From positions 1 to 30,132 of the IMG/VR virus record IMGVR_UViG_3300037482_000011: a stretch of DNA of 30,132 bases; one strand, 5' to 3'. The position numbers were made by a program, and so were the translations under genes. The notes below the pieces were generated by a model. The model saw only the letters and a program-made list of their open reading frames with translations. It ran no database searches and was not told the origin of the DNA. The DNA comes from a virus (taxonomy: Duplodnaviria > Caudoviricetes). The number at the start of each line of letters is the position of its first letter. The first letter of the stretch is position 1. Shown here piece after piece: positions 17,402 to 27,007 of the stretch.

Positions 17402-17403
17402 CC

Positions 17404-17799
17404 ATGATTAAATTGGAAGCACCATACCCATCAATTCAGACTATCTCATTATTGCCAAACCCCGATCTCGGTGATGCAGAAAGCTTGACGGCTTCTGTAA
17501 CGCTAAAGCGGGCAACAGACGGAACGCTTTATTCATATGTCAAAAGGAAAGGCGGGAGGCGGAAGAGCACTTGGACTCTACGACTGGTTCGCCCGAAAGC
17601 GTTGGAACTACGAGCGTTCTTCCTGTCTTATGCATCCAGCGTCATCAGGGTAACAGACCATAAGGAAAGGGTGTGGATCGGACATTTCACGAACAACCCA
17701 GTGGAATTCGACACACCAGTACGCGCTGCTCCGGGGTTTGGCGACCTCCGTGGGGAGCTTCAGACTATTACACTTGAGTTCGAGGGAGTTGAACAATGA
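17404..17799 (+). CDS. Distal tail (Dit-like) protein
   Basis: 131 aa, just before the hub gene. Aligns with the C-terminus of the previous ORF (L.YP...L..P.LG, G.L..Y, D...R.W.G, EFEG). Confidence 0.55.
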   Translation: MIKLEAPYPSIQTISLLPNPDLGDAESLTASVTLKRATDGTLYSYVKRKGGRRKSTWTLRLVRPKALELRAFFLSYASSVIRVTDHKERVWIGHFTNNPVEFDTPVRAAPGFGDLRGELQTITLEFEGVEQ

Positions 17800-20510
17800 G
17801 GAACATTTCCTCTGCCGGTTTAGACGCAATCGCACAGAAGCGAGGCACAGAGCCTTTGCTAATCATTGAAGTTGAATGGGCGGATGGTGTAGCAACATCC
17901 TACGCCGATCGAACGATAGGGGACATCCAAGGTAAGATTCTACAGGTCGGCAACCTGAGCAATGTCGTTGACGTTGTGAACTCGAATAACTCGCAGGAAT
18001 TAAGCATTATCCTCGATGATACAGATGGAACAATCAAAGGCATCTTTGACTCACAAGACGTACATCAGAGGACAGTTCGTGTTTATCAGTGGTTCCACGG
18101 GTTGGATATTGCAGACAAGTTCCTGCTGTTTTCCGGAAAGGTCAGTAGCCCAGTCTCGTGGTCAGAATCCGACCGAACGTTCTCATTCTCAATTGTGTCG
18201 CAAATCGAAGACAAAGAATTCGGGTTCTCGGCAGAAGAAGGTGAATTCCCCTTCGTTCCGAAAGACCTAGTTGGAAAACCCTGGCCTGTAATCTTCGGCC
18301 TATGCCTTGATGTTCCAGCACTACAAGTTAATAAAGCTGTTTCTGGTTCTACTCTTTGTGGTGTTGGCATCTTGTCTGGTGAGGCGTTACACAATGCTGT
18401 CGACTCTGGCGGCACGGACTGTTCGCTTGGAACGTCGTTGGCAATGATGCAGCAGCAGATCAGTTTTTTGAATGTCTGTGCCAATGTGTGGTCGGGGGTG
18501 GATAATGCTAAAGCGGACGAACTGATTTCTCAGGCCAACGACATCCGAGCTTCGTTGACGGCCTCGGTCAACAGCAAAGCACTGCAATTAATCTGTGCTG
18601 CACAACAGCGTGCGAAGAAGGTGAACGACGCCAAAAACAACGGTCTTGGGTGCAACCCAGTGCGTATACTGGGTGGCGAGGATTTTCCCCAGAACACCAC
18701 GCTCACCCTCAATATAAATGGGGGCATTTTCGTAGGGCATATGAATGGTGACGTATTCACCATAACGTCTCGACGACACGCGGAGAATGATGCGAAGGCA
18801 GAAAGCTTATTCGATGGTATAGAAGCTTCGCAATGCGAGACGCCAACACCGTTATCGAAGTTTGATTTCCAGATGGTCGTCCCACCTGGGCGAGGCGATA
18901 ACAGCGGGTCGACGATTCGCCGACACGGATTTGTGATCTGCAACACTCCGCAGAAGTCTCGCCCGAGTACGCCACAGGTCGCCCAACACTTTTGGGCAGA
19001 TGCCGGTAGCCGAGTGGTTTTGGGTCAAGACGAGCCAATAACATACATCGCCTCAATCACACCGGGCACAGTGCTGGCTGTTAAGGCGTTTAAGACCTTA
19101 AACGGTGAACGTAAGCTAGTCAATGTCCCAAATGATCTGTGGGTGCAGCAGCAAACAGTCTACGGTACGATAACCGCACAGGAAGTCGTTCTTGATAAGC
19201 CGCTGTCGTCGATCGTGGATCAGGGGTGGGAAGATGACATTTACGTTACGTTCGACTCCACTATCGGTCCGGATACAGTCGAGATTCTCGAATGGATTAT
19301 CGACAACTACACCGATCTCGATTACGACACGACCAGTTTTGACTCGGTACGAGTCAAACTTGAACCATTCCCATCTAACTTTCCAGTATTAGATCGTCGG
19401 AATACGGTTGACTTGATCCGGGACATTGCCTTTCAAGCACGTTGCGCGGTGTGGCTGTCGAATGGCGTGTTTTTCTTGAAGTACCTTCCGGAGGAGCCAG
19501 ACTCAGACGCGACTATAACGGTATCCGACATCGAGCCGGGTACAGTTGAAGTGGGGCTTACCGCGACCGAAGACATCGTGACGAAGATGGTGGTCACTTG
19601 GCACTTAAGCTGGGCCGATGAGAAACCACCCACAATCGTGCTCAGGAACAACGAGGATAAGTATGGGGTGAAGAAGGGCGACTTTGACTGGTTCATCTAC
19701 AACCAGCCAGATATCGTTCTAAAGGCGGCCACATTCTGGTTGATCCGTAAGTCAAATACTTGGAAGAGGATGCGTTTTAGCTCGTTTCTTAATCTCTTAA
19801 ACATCGAGACGTTTGACACTGTGACCTTGGACGTTCCGGGGTACGTGGCATCGTCGGCGGTCAAAGCGGTTGTTGAACAAGCGGACTATGACTCTGACAA
19901 TAATACCATTTCATTTGAGTGTTTAGTACCAGTTCGCGTTGGGACGCTGACCAAGTATAAGTTCTTTTGGCCCTCCGCGCTAACTGTAACTGACACGTAT
20001 CCACCACCTGATGAACCACCACCATCAAATGGTGTCGTCGGCGAGCTTCCGATTGGTTTCACCGGGGGAATAGGCGATGGTGGGACCGTGTTTGTCGGGG
20101 GACCCAACGTCGTGTTCAGACCCCGCTCAGGCCGTGGCGATCGAACACCGGGTGACTCTGGGTTCGTTGCGCAGACGATTATTCCGGGGACAGTGTTTGC
20201 CAATGTCCAATCGTCTTTGAATCCGAATCCCGATTTGACTCTCACTTATGTCGATCCATTACCGCCCAACCAAACGGCTACCATGCCGGCTGGGCCTCTG
20301 GTCATCGACATCAGGACAACCAAGATCATTGACAGCGATAACGACAGTCAGCAAGCAATTCTTGCGGACATCCTTCGCATTCGTTCGGACGAAATTGTGA
20401 TCCGCACGCAGTCTCAGTTCTATGATGGCGATAACCAAGCAGAATTCGCCTTCGAGTTTGATGACGAAGAAAGCAAATTTGGCGCAGACATCGCTTACCT
20501 GGGACCATAG
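17796..20510 (+). CDS. Tail tip/baseplate hub protein (904 aa)
   Basis: Large ORF after the Dit-like gene with ATGA coupling. Motifs GK..PVIFG....VPA and IAFQARCAVW...G.FFLKY resemble siphovirus central tail-tip proteins. Confidence 0.7.
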   Translation: MRNISSAGLDAIAQKRGTEPLLIIEVEWADGVATSYADRTIGDIQGKILQVGNLSNVVDVVNSNNSQELSIILDDTDGTIKGIFDSQDVHQRTVRVYQWFHGLDIADKFLLFSGKVSSPVSWSESDRTFSFSIVSQIEDKEFGFSAEEGEFPFVPKDLVGKPWPVIFGLCLDVPALQVNKAVSGSTLCGVGILSGEALHNAVDSGGTDCSLGTSLAMMQQQISFLNVCANVWSGVDNAKADELISQANDIRASLTASVNSKALQLICAAQQRAKKVNDAKNNGLGCNPVRILGGEDFPQNTTLTLNINGGIFVGHMNGDVFTITSRRHAENDAKAESLFDGIEASQCETPTPLSKFDFQMVVPPGRGDNSGSTIRRHGFVICNTPQKSRPSTPQVAQHFWADAGSRVVLGQDEPITYIASITPGTVLAVKAFKTLNGERKLVNVPNDLWVQQQTVYGTITAQEVVLDKPLSSIVDQGWEDDIYVTFDSTIGPDTVEILEWIIDNYTDLDYDTTSFDSVRVKLEPFPSNFPVLDRRNTVDLIRDIAFQARCAVWLSNGVFFLKYLPEEPDSDATITVSDIEPGTVEVGLTATEDIVTKMVVTWHLSWADEKPPTIVLRNNEDKYGVKKGDFDWFIYNQPDIVLKAATFWLIRKSNTWKRMRFSSFLNLLNIETFDTVTLDVPGYVASSAVKAVVEQADYDSDNNTISFECLVPVRVGTLTKYKFFWPSALTVTDTYPPPDEPPPSNGVVGELPIGFTGGIGDGGTVFVGGPNVVFRPRSGRGDRTPGDSGFVAQTIIPGTVFANVQSSLNPNPDLTLTYVDPLPPNQTATMPAGPLVIDIRTTKIIDSDNDSQQAILADILRIRSDEIVIRTQSQFYDGDNQAEFAFEFDDEESKFGADIAYLGP

Positions 20511-20513
20511 TCA

Positions 20514-21083
20514 ATGAGACGAGTACCACATGAGGGTATCGACCACTTCTTCATGCATAGCATCCACCTTGAAAGCCGAACGATATACATTGGAGACGGG
20601 AGCAACGGAGAGATCGACTCTGATGTTGCTAAGATGGCAATCAAAGGGCTGCACATCTTGACGAATGTCAATGCCGAAACACCCATTACGCTGTACATCA
20701 ACAGTATTGGTGGGTGCTGGTTCTCTGGCATGGCAGTGTACGACATGATAAGATCATGCCCGTGCGAGGTCACTGCCTACGTGTTAGGCTCTGCCATGAG
20801 CATGGGATCAATAATCCTACAGGCAGCAGACAAGCGAGTGATCTACCCCAGTGCTACTATCATGGTCCACGACGGGTATGAGTCAAGCGCCGAAGTCACG
20901 CCACAGACGTTTGAGAATTGGGCCGAACACAGCAAGAAGACTCGCGCCAAGATGTATAAGATATACTCTGAGCGGTCAGGTCGGCCAATAAGCTTTTGGC
21001 GTAGAAAGTGTGCCGCAGATACAATCCTATCTGCGGCAGAAGCAAAGACCTTTGGTCTCGTCGATTCCATTCAAGGCGAATAA
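20514..21083 (+). CDS. clpP: ClpP-type serine protease (peptidase S14)
   Basis: PITLYINS.GG, GMAVYD.I, catalytic Ser in AMSMGS, His in IMVHD, Asp in DTILSA.EA..FGLVD.I. Confidence 0.9.
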   Translation: MRRVPHEGIDHFFMHSIHLESRTIYIGDGSNGEIDSDVAKMAIKGLHILTNVNAETPITLYINSIGGCWFSGMAVYDMIRSCPCEVTAYVLGSAMSMGSIILQAADKRVIYPSATIMVHDGYESSAEVTPQTFENWAEHSKKTRAKMYKIYSERSGRPISFWRRKCAADTILSAAEAKTFGLVDSIQGE

Positions 21084-21088
21084 CAATG

Positions 21089-21123
21089 ACCCCGCAGCTA
21101 CTCTGGTGGCTGCGGGGTTTTTT
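21089..21123 (+). terminator. Intrinsic terminator ending the late operon
   Basis: 13-bp stem ACCCCGCAGCTAC/GTGGCTGCGGGGT, loop TCTG, then a T run. Overlaps the 3' end of the convergent gene. Confidence 0.85.
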
Positions 21124-21553
21124 CGTTGGATCGCAGATGGCACATATTACACTCTGTGGTGCTAACCTTTTTTAGATAGTGTTCACACTTGGGTTGGTCA
21201 CACATATGTATGATAGACAACCCCCCTGTTTTAAGATCATTGCCCACGCCAAGCATGCGCGTATCACACATCTGTAGCATCGGACGCATTATCCAACGGT
21301 CCTCAGAGTCCCTTAGGTAGCCCGCTATATCAGATGGCTCAGAATTATCAGGGTCAAATACTAACGAACCATCATCGCCAATTGACTTAACTTTGCTTCC
21401 GTCAGACAGAGACAACGACGGCAATGCAGTTCTCAACTGAGTGACTTCGCCTTTTACGGTATGGGCCACCGCTATTGGAATGCTATTTGTAATCTGTTGA
21501 ATAACATTATTGATATCATTCTCTGGTATTACTTTTCGGTTACAACAACTCAT
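21098..21553 (-). CDS. Hypothetical Cys-rich protein (151 aa)
   Basis: ATG with AGGAG RBS. MSCC N-terminus and C-terminal C...C...C...CNMC pattern. Confidence 0.7.
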   Translation of the reverse strand: MSCCNRKVIPENDINNVIQQITNSIPIAVAHTVKGEVTQLRTALPSLSLSDGSKVKSIGDDGSLVFDPDNSEPSDIAGYLRDSEDRWIMRPMLQMCDTRMLGVGNDLKTGGLSIIHMCDQPKCEHYLKKVSTTECNMCHLRSNEKTPQPPE

Positions 21554-21555
21554 AT

Positions 21556-21587
21556 TGTGTCTCCTGTGTCTCCTGTGTCTCCTGTGT
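21556..21587 (-). repeat. 9-bp tandem repeat x3.5 (ACACAGGAG) forming a triplicated Shine-Dalgarno sequence
   Basis: The minus strand reads ACACAGGAG ACACAGGAG ACACAGGAG ACACA AT ATG. Confidence 0.9.
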
Positions 21588-21598
21588 TAAAGCCAACA

Positions 21599-22300
21599 CT
21601 AATTGCAGTCCGTAGCCTCGTTGTTAAGCGGGCAGGCTTCTTCTTCACTCGGAGAGATGTTGATCTCTATGTTGTCTATGCTGAAGATTGATTCCTGGTC
21701 CGACTTAGTGCTGTTGGCAAACTCTTCGACGGCTTGTAGAACTATTAGTTCTGCGGCTGACATGGCCTCTTCTTCTGTGCCATCGAAGGGGAATTGCAAT
21801 TCCTCTATGCATACCAACTGCGTGCGAAAAGTTGTGTGTTCCACTAGATAAGGGTCACAGTTTTCATGGAACTCAGGGGGTGCGCCACCAGGAGGCCAAT
21901 TAAGTGCCATAACAGCACATATCTGTCCGTTTTCGGAGTCATCATAAGTTGTAAACGTCGTTTTAAGAATCACCCTCGCATTTGCGTTGCCCAACCAACA
22001 ATTATCCTCCTCACAACACCCTCTATCAATCGCCTCTTTCAAGCGTGTGAGTACGAGATCACTCCACCTTCGTTTCGTGATTCGTTCGTCAAACTCTGCG
22101 TCAAACAGGTCGGCATTGTCAGGACATATCTCGATCAGTGAGTCCTTCATGGCAGTCACGTCATCATTGGATGACCATCTGTGATGCTCGCCCGCTTCCT
22201 CGACTTTAGTACCTGCCTCGCACTCGTCAACTAGGGAATTATGAGGGATAACATATTCTTCATTCCATTCCTGTTTTGTGAATTTGTCGCCTTCGGCCAT
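21599..22300 (-). CDS. Hypothetical acidic Cys-rich protein (233 aa)
   Basis: Start re-called at ATG 22300 (MAEGDKF...), coupled by TAATG to the exonuclease stop. This removes a 105-bp overlap. Confidence 0.7.
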   Translation of the reverse strand: MAEGDKFTKQEWNEEYVIPHNSLVDECEAGTKVEEAGEHHRWSSNDDVTAMKDSLIEICPDNADLFDAEFDERITKRRWSDLVLTRLKEAIDRGCCEEDNCWLGNANARVILKTTFTTYDDSENGQICAVMALNWPPGGAPPEFHENCDPYLVEHTTFRTQLVCIEELQFPFDGTEEEAMSAAELIVLQAVEEFANSTKSDQESIFSIDNIEINISPSEEEACPLNNEATDCN

Positions 22301-22920
22301 TAGAACTGCCTCATCGTTACAAGTCGACGGTACACTTCCGCTTCCGCTAGGCAGTCGTGCAAAGCATCGTGTGGGTGGTCGTTTACCACACCTAGGGTTT
22401 GACACAATGCCGTCAACGAGACTTTCTGAAATGGGGGTATCTCTCCCCGGAACACATACTCATCGTTTAAGAACAGTGCCGAACTCATCGAGTCGCGTGC
22501 AAGGAAATGGAATATATTTGATACAAGAGACTGTCCCATCCAGCTATCCAAGAAGCCACGCTCGAACGACCAGTTCTGTGCTAATGGGATCAGTCGTTTG
22601 TCAACCGGGAGGTCAAGACTTTCAAACCATTCAACAAGTAGATCAGCAACTCGGCCGGGAGATGGCGCAGTACGAAACAGTTCGTTCACGTCGAGACCGT
22701 GAACTTTTGTTGCTTGCTTCTCTTCGCGATCTGGATGAAGTGGTGCGATGTATCGGTTGAACGGCCGTACACCGGGCAGTGGTCTTAGATCGGAGTTTAG
22801 TGGGACGACTGCAATTTGGATTATCTCGTGGAATCCCGCTCTCGATCCTGTTGTTTCAACATCGACGGCCGCAAGAACATTCCCTCTCACATGAGGGAGT
22901 GTTGAATAGACTGTTGTCAT
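22300..22920 (-). CDS. DEDDh-family 3'-5' exonuclease (DnaQ-like)
   Basis: ExoI VDVETTG, HEIIQIA, ExoII-like AQNWSFE, ExoIII HDALHD. Confidence 0.88.
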   Translation of the reverse strand: MTTVYSTLPHVRGNVLAAVDVETTGSRAGFHEIIQIAVVPLNSDLRPLPGVRPFNRYIAPLHPDREEKQATKVHGLDVNELFRTAPSPGRVADLLVEWFESLDLPVDKRLIPLAQNWSFERGFLDSWMGQSLVSNIFHFLARDSMSSALFLNDEYVFRGEIPPFQKVSLTALCQTLGVVNDHPHDALHDCLAEAEVYRRLVTMRQF

Positions 22921-23576
22921 GCTGCCTGCCTTTCAGCGGCTTCGATTGCGAGACGCTCAACTTCGTACCCCCACTGTTTTTCTGATTCATCTTGGACAAT
23001 AGGTTTCCCCTGTTTTATGAGACTTGACACTTCTTGAGCGTCAAGTCTAAGATTGTGAATGTCACCGTCGGCCCCTAAAACCATATCCCATCCACGATAG
23101 TCTAGCAGCGCCCGATCCGATACAGTGTTTCTGGGCGCAAAGCCTGGACGAACAACCTTGATTAGCGTGGCACCAAGATCACGAAGTGCGTTGACCTCAT
23201 TAGGGAAGCGAACATCCGGAATAACGACGTACTCAACCCCATGATTCGTTTTCAGCACATAGTCGATCCATGTGTTCTGATAGACGTGCTCTCGAAAGCA
23301 CGGGGTGCCTACTTTCACCCAAAGATCAACCGGCGTCATTCCAAGTTCAGGAATAATCATGTCTCGGTACTTCTCGCCTTCCGGTGTGTCGTAGAATATC
23401 GCGTCTCTAACGCCAGCCCAGGCATAAAGCTGATGGCAGATGTCTTTCAACTTCCAAGCGAAAGAAATCTTCTTAGCGATTGGAATATCCGAGTAGCTGT
23501 TTAGATAGTTGATGGCCGCGTCCGCGAATGTATCCTTGCCAGTGCGAGAGTAGCTACCAAGACCGATTATCTTCAT
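22917..23576 (-). CDS. Deoxynucleoside monophosphate kinase (T4 gp1-like)
   Basis: IIGLGSYSRTGKDT P-loop, SFA..LK and VVIPDVRFPNE motifs. Confidence 0.88.
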   Translation of the reverse strand: MKIIGLGSYSRTGKDTFADAAINYLNSYSDIPIAKKISFAWKLKDICHQLYAWAGVRDAIFYDTPEGEKYRDMIIPELGMTPVDLWVKVGTPCFREHVYQNTWIDYVLKTNHGVEYVVIPDVRFPNEVNALRDLGATLIKVVRPGFAPRNTVSDRALLDYRGWDMVLGADGDIHNLRLDAQEVSSLIKQGKPIVQDESEKQWGYEVERLAIEAAERQAA

Positions 23577-23815
23577 GCAATCTCCAAGTCAGTGCAAAGG
23601 ATGGCATTTCCGTTTATGCGTTTCTTAAAAGCAACCATCTTGGTGGCCATGTTATTCAATGGTTCTATTACATGAGGGTTGAACGCTAGTATGTCCCCGC
23701 TCAGAAGGTCGATCATTTCGATCTCCTCACCGAGATGTCTAAGGAACGCCCCAAGTGTCAACGGTACTTTTGTGATAGTTTTAATTGTCCCGTCGACAAG
23801 AAGCAATGATGCCAT
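23573..23815 (-). CDS. Small hypothetical protein (DUF3846-like pattern)
   Basis: 80 aa, coupled to its neighbours. Pattern DG.I..., G..IE.I.L, PLN.MAT, I.GNAIL. Confidence 0.6.
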   Translation of the reverse strand: MASLLLVDGTIKTITKVPLTLGAFLRHLGEEIEMIDLLSGDILAFNPHVIEPLNNMATKMVAFKKRINGNAILCTDLEIA

Positions 23816-23817
23816 CT

Positions 23818-26538
23818 CTACGATGCCTTCCTGATGATCTTTCCATCTTTCACCACGAAGGGAGCAATATCCGATTTTACTTCACTAGCCCCCCAAGCAC
23901 AGTTGACTAAGAACGTCTTGTTCCCGGTGCCCGTACCTGTTTGGAATTTCAACGGTAACGCGCGTGTTGTCTTGATCCTGGTCCAAAGATGCTTGTCCTC
24001 GACCGGGAGCCATTCCTGGAAGCAAGCATATAGATCAGCAAACGGAATTAGCGATCCAGGAACATATTGCACATACTCTGAAAGGAACGCTTCCATCGCA
24101 GAGCGGTTCTTCTCGGCCGCCTTCTTCTTGTGCTCTGTTGCGACCATTGGGATTCGTAGGCGACCTGTGTACGGCGGAAGTTCTATATCGAGCAGTGTCC
24201 GCATGAAGTGAGGGGCTTCCTCTTCCAATCGCTGCATCAAAAGCTTCTTTGGTATTTCTCGGTCGTGGTCGAGATCGGCAACGTGAATCATTGTGATCCG
24301 GGTGTCGCCCTCGAACACCGGACACGCTTCTGCGTGATTACTACACTGAAACCAGTGCGTCATGTTGTCCAGCATGTATGAGTCAGTTCGCATCCGGCGG
24401 ATGCTAAGCTTCCTTGCGGTGACGGCTTCCTTGATCTTCGCCAATGCCCCAGGTGTTTTAGAGATGTCTTTTTCTTCGACGACACAGAGGATTGCGCCCG
24501 CCAACTCACCGTTGAAGTCGGATTGATTCGTCAGCGACCGATCTGCCTTGACCACGCCAGATGTTACCAGCAACTCGAAGGCTTCGTGTAGTGTTGATTT
24601 GCCGTTGTCCTCTGAGCCAAAGAGGAAGATGTATGGAGTTGGTTCGGACGGCTCAGTGAGAATCGAGGCAAAGATAGCACAGAGGTAGTCCGCACCAGTC
24701 TTTATATTGGCCTGTTGTGCCCAATCAAGTTCTTTGAGGTACTGAGTAAGGTCGTCGCCGATGTGGTCGAATACCATGTCCCAGTGCGGGTGCATACTGT
24801 AGTCACCATCATTCCTCGGCGATGGCTGGAACCGATACTGCGGAGCCTTGTAATTCCACTGTCTGTTACCTGGATACTCGGGCTGGAAAGGAAGCATTAC
24901 CAGCTTCCAGGGCCGGGCTGATAAACCCCCCATGATCTCTTCAGCTTCGGGTTTTGAGTGTCCTAGGAACTGCAAATGCATCTTGACTTCTGAGGCGGGT
25001 TTCTTTGTCCATTCTTGGTCCCGCTTTTGGAGTGACCACCCAGCGGATTCGCCAGCTATTGTCTCAAGGCAGCGAAGAATCGCGTCGTAATCCGTTACTT
25101 CGACTTTGGTCGGTTGGGTGGTGACATTAAAAACCTGTGTCCAAGCAGTTTTCTTGTCCGACGAGTTCCAGTTCGTCATGCCTTTCCGCTCGTCGTCAGC
25201 TTGTTTGTCAATCTCGATTGCGAGTTTTCCTTCTCTCGATTTCTTGACAACCGCCTTGCGTTCCTTTAGGTGGTCTTCAACAGAGACAGTTGCCTCAGGA
25301 TTTATCAGCTTGGCGACTTCTATCGCGTGCGACAGGGTGTCAAACTCAAACCCCCCTTTGCAAAGCTCTCGGCCGCCAAGTGATCGAGCCGCTACCTCGA
25401 ATGTGGCACGAACGTTGAACCAGCATGTTGTCCAACCCTGACCGTCCTGTTCCCAAGTCGGAGACTCGGAGGCACCAGGACCAAACCTGAAGAACTTCCA
25501 ACCACCGTGGTCCAACGGAAATCCAAAGCAGTTTGGCGTACCGAGATCAGTTCCTCGCGAATTTGTCTGAAACACACCGTGTAGGCCGAGTTCCTCTTTA
25601 TGGTCCATCAGCTTGGCTAATCCCGTCGTGTGGGTTTGAAGCAGATGGTGGTCCGCCACCCAATTTACGACGACGCCGGTCTTAACCAATTCGTCTTGGA
25701 TCATCTTGTGCGTGGCATCAATCGGCACTCGCCGGTGAGCACTCGCCAACTGATCGAACATGTCTTCTTCGGTATCCGAGATTCCACCGACTTTCACCTT
25801 AGTTCGACGGCGACTGACTACTTCGATGTGATCTCGCCAGTTTTCCGGAAGTGCGGTAAACGCTTCGGTGGACGCCTTCAGCAACTCCAAGCCTTTATTC
25901 GCTTGGCTAGACTTGCGATGCCACAACCACATGTTGCCACCGCAAGAGTCAATCTGCGCACTGAAGTCGAACCCTGCATCTCGGCTCATTTCCCCAAGAA
26001 CACAACGGGCCAAAGCCATGTGTTCTGTGTGATTCTGGATGGGGATAGCGTTTAGTAGAACATAGAGATGGAGACCAGCGCCACCAGTAGATCGACGAGC
26101 TTCGACGTAAGGTAGAGCTTTGGCAGCTTCTCTGACTCGTTCGAGATCATCCTTTGACACACCGACCCCTGCGGCGTGGCCGGCAATGTCGTCGAAGTCA
26201 AAGCCAACCCAACGCGATATCTTGTTCTTCCAATCCCAGCCTGTGCTTCCTATCCCATCACAATGTAGATCAAGTGGGAAGTCGATCTCGTAATCACGAA
26301 ACCATGCTTCGCTGTAAGCGTCACGAGGAATGCGATAGCTAAACCACTGGTGTATTCCGTCCGTGTACGTGGATCGCTTCCCGTTTACAGGTTCGCCTTT
26401 ACCACTAGAGACGTTGACTTGTGTCTCCATGTCGCAGCCATAGGACAAGTAACGAGCCAGCAAGTCTGGTCCGTTATGCTCGCCTTTATTCAGCTTCGCA
26501 TTTAAGAAGCTGATGACTGAACTAACCGCCGTTGGCAT
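23818..26538 (-). CDS. Primase-polymerase (AEP) fused to an SF3-type helicase
   Basis: N-terminal GFDFDD and RSTGGAGLHLY AEP motifs. C-terminal Walker A GSEDNGKST, FNGEL, Walker B LCVVEE and the SNH...GDTR motif C/Arg region. Confidence 0.85.
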   Translation of the reverse strand: MPTAVSSVISFLNAKLNKGEHNGPDLLARYLSYGCDMETQVNVSSGKGEPVNGKRSTYTDGIHQWFSYRIPRDAYSEAWFRDYEIDFPLDLHCDGIGSTGWDWKNKISRWVGFDFDDIAGHAAGVGVSKDDLERVREAAKALPYVEARRSTGGAGLHLYVLLNAIPIQNHTEHMALARCVLGEMSRDAGFDFSAQIDSCGGNMWLWHRKSSQANKGLELLKASTEAFTALPENWRDHIEVVSRRRTKVKVGGISDTEEDMFDQLASAHRRVPIDATHKMIQDELVKTGVVVNWVADHHLLQTHTTGLAKLMDHKEELGLHGVFQTNSRGTDLGTPNCFGFPLDHGGWKFFRFGPGASESPTWEQDGQGWTTCWFNVRATFEVAARSLGGRELCKGGFEFDTLSHAIEVAKLINPEATVSVEDHLKERKAVVKKSREGKLAIEIDKQADDERKGMTNWNSSDKKTAWTQVFNVTTQPTKVEVTDYDAILRCLETIAGESAGWSLQKRDQEWTKKPASEVKMHLQFLGHSKPEAEEIMGGLSARPWKLVMLPFQPEYPGNRQWNYKAPQYRFQPSPRNDGDYSMHPHWDMVFDHIGDDLTQYLKELDWAQQANIKTGADYLCAIFASILTEPSEPTPYIFLFGSEDNGKSTLHEAFELLVTSGVVKADRSLTNQSDFNGELAGAILCVVEEKDISKTPGALAKIKEAVTARKLSIRRMRTDSYMLDNMTHWFQCSNHAEACPVFEGDTRITMIHVADLDHDREIPKKLLMQRLEEEAPHFMRTLLDIELPPYTGRLRIPMVATEHKKKAAEKNRSAMEAFLSEYVQYVPGSLIPFADLYACFQEWLPVEDKHLWTRIKTTRALPLKFQTGTGTGNKTFLVNCAWGASEVKSDIAPFVVKDGKIIRKAS

Positions 26539-26542
26539 TTAG

Positions 26543-27001
26543 TTACTCTACGTGTTTGTAAGCTCGTCTGTTCCGTATAGCCACAACCCACAAAGGGCTA
26601 CACCCTAACTCCTTCGCCCATACTCTTGCCCGCTTTCGCCTCATGCTTCGTATGTCTCGGACAATATCGTCCGTGATATTGAGGGTCTTGTTTGGTGTAC
26701 CTACACCGCACCGACCTTTTGCCTTCTTATCCTCCATGTTTTGCTTCGGTGTGCCGAGCCATAGATGCTCGGGATTGACGCATAGTTTGTTGTCACATGT
26801 ATGGCACACATAGAGACCATGTGTGAATGGGCCATTTGCCAAAACAAATGACACGATATGCGATGGGCCAATCCCCGCGTTTCCGTACCCGTTGTCAAAG
26901 GCATCGCCTGTCCAAATACGACATCCGTCTGTGTTGCTCTGAGCGATTAACGACTCAAAGAGGTCGCGGGCCTTCTGATTTCTCAGGATGTACTTCTTCA
27001 T
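26543..27001 (-). CDS. HNH homing endonuclease
   Basis: GCRIWTG..NGYG, H.VSF.LANG, VCHTCDNKLCVNPEHLWLGT.KQN. Confidence 0.9.
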   Translation of the reverse strand: MKKYILRNQKARDLFESLIAQSNTDGCRIWTGDAFDNGYGNAGIGPSHIVSFVLANGPFTHGLYVCHTCDNKLCVNPEHLWLGTPKQNMEDKKAKGRCGVGTPNKTLNITDDIVRDIRSMRRKRARVWAKELGCSPLWVVAIRNRRAYKHVE

Positions 27002-27007
27002 GTGTCC

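Noticed and set aside
22278-22760. 160-aa plus-strand ORF and other small plus-strand ORFs across 21461-26342
   Set aside because: Antisense to well-supported exonuclease, kinase and primase genes.
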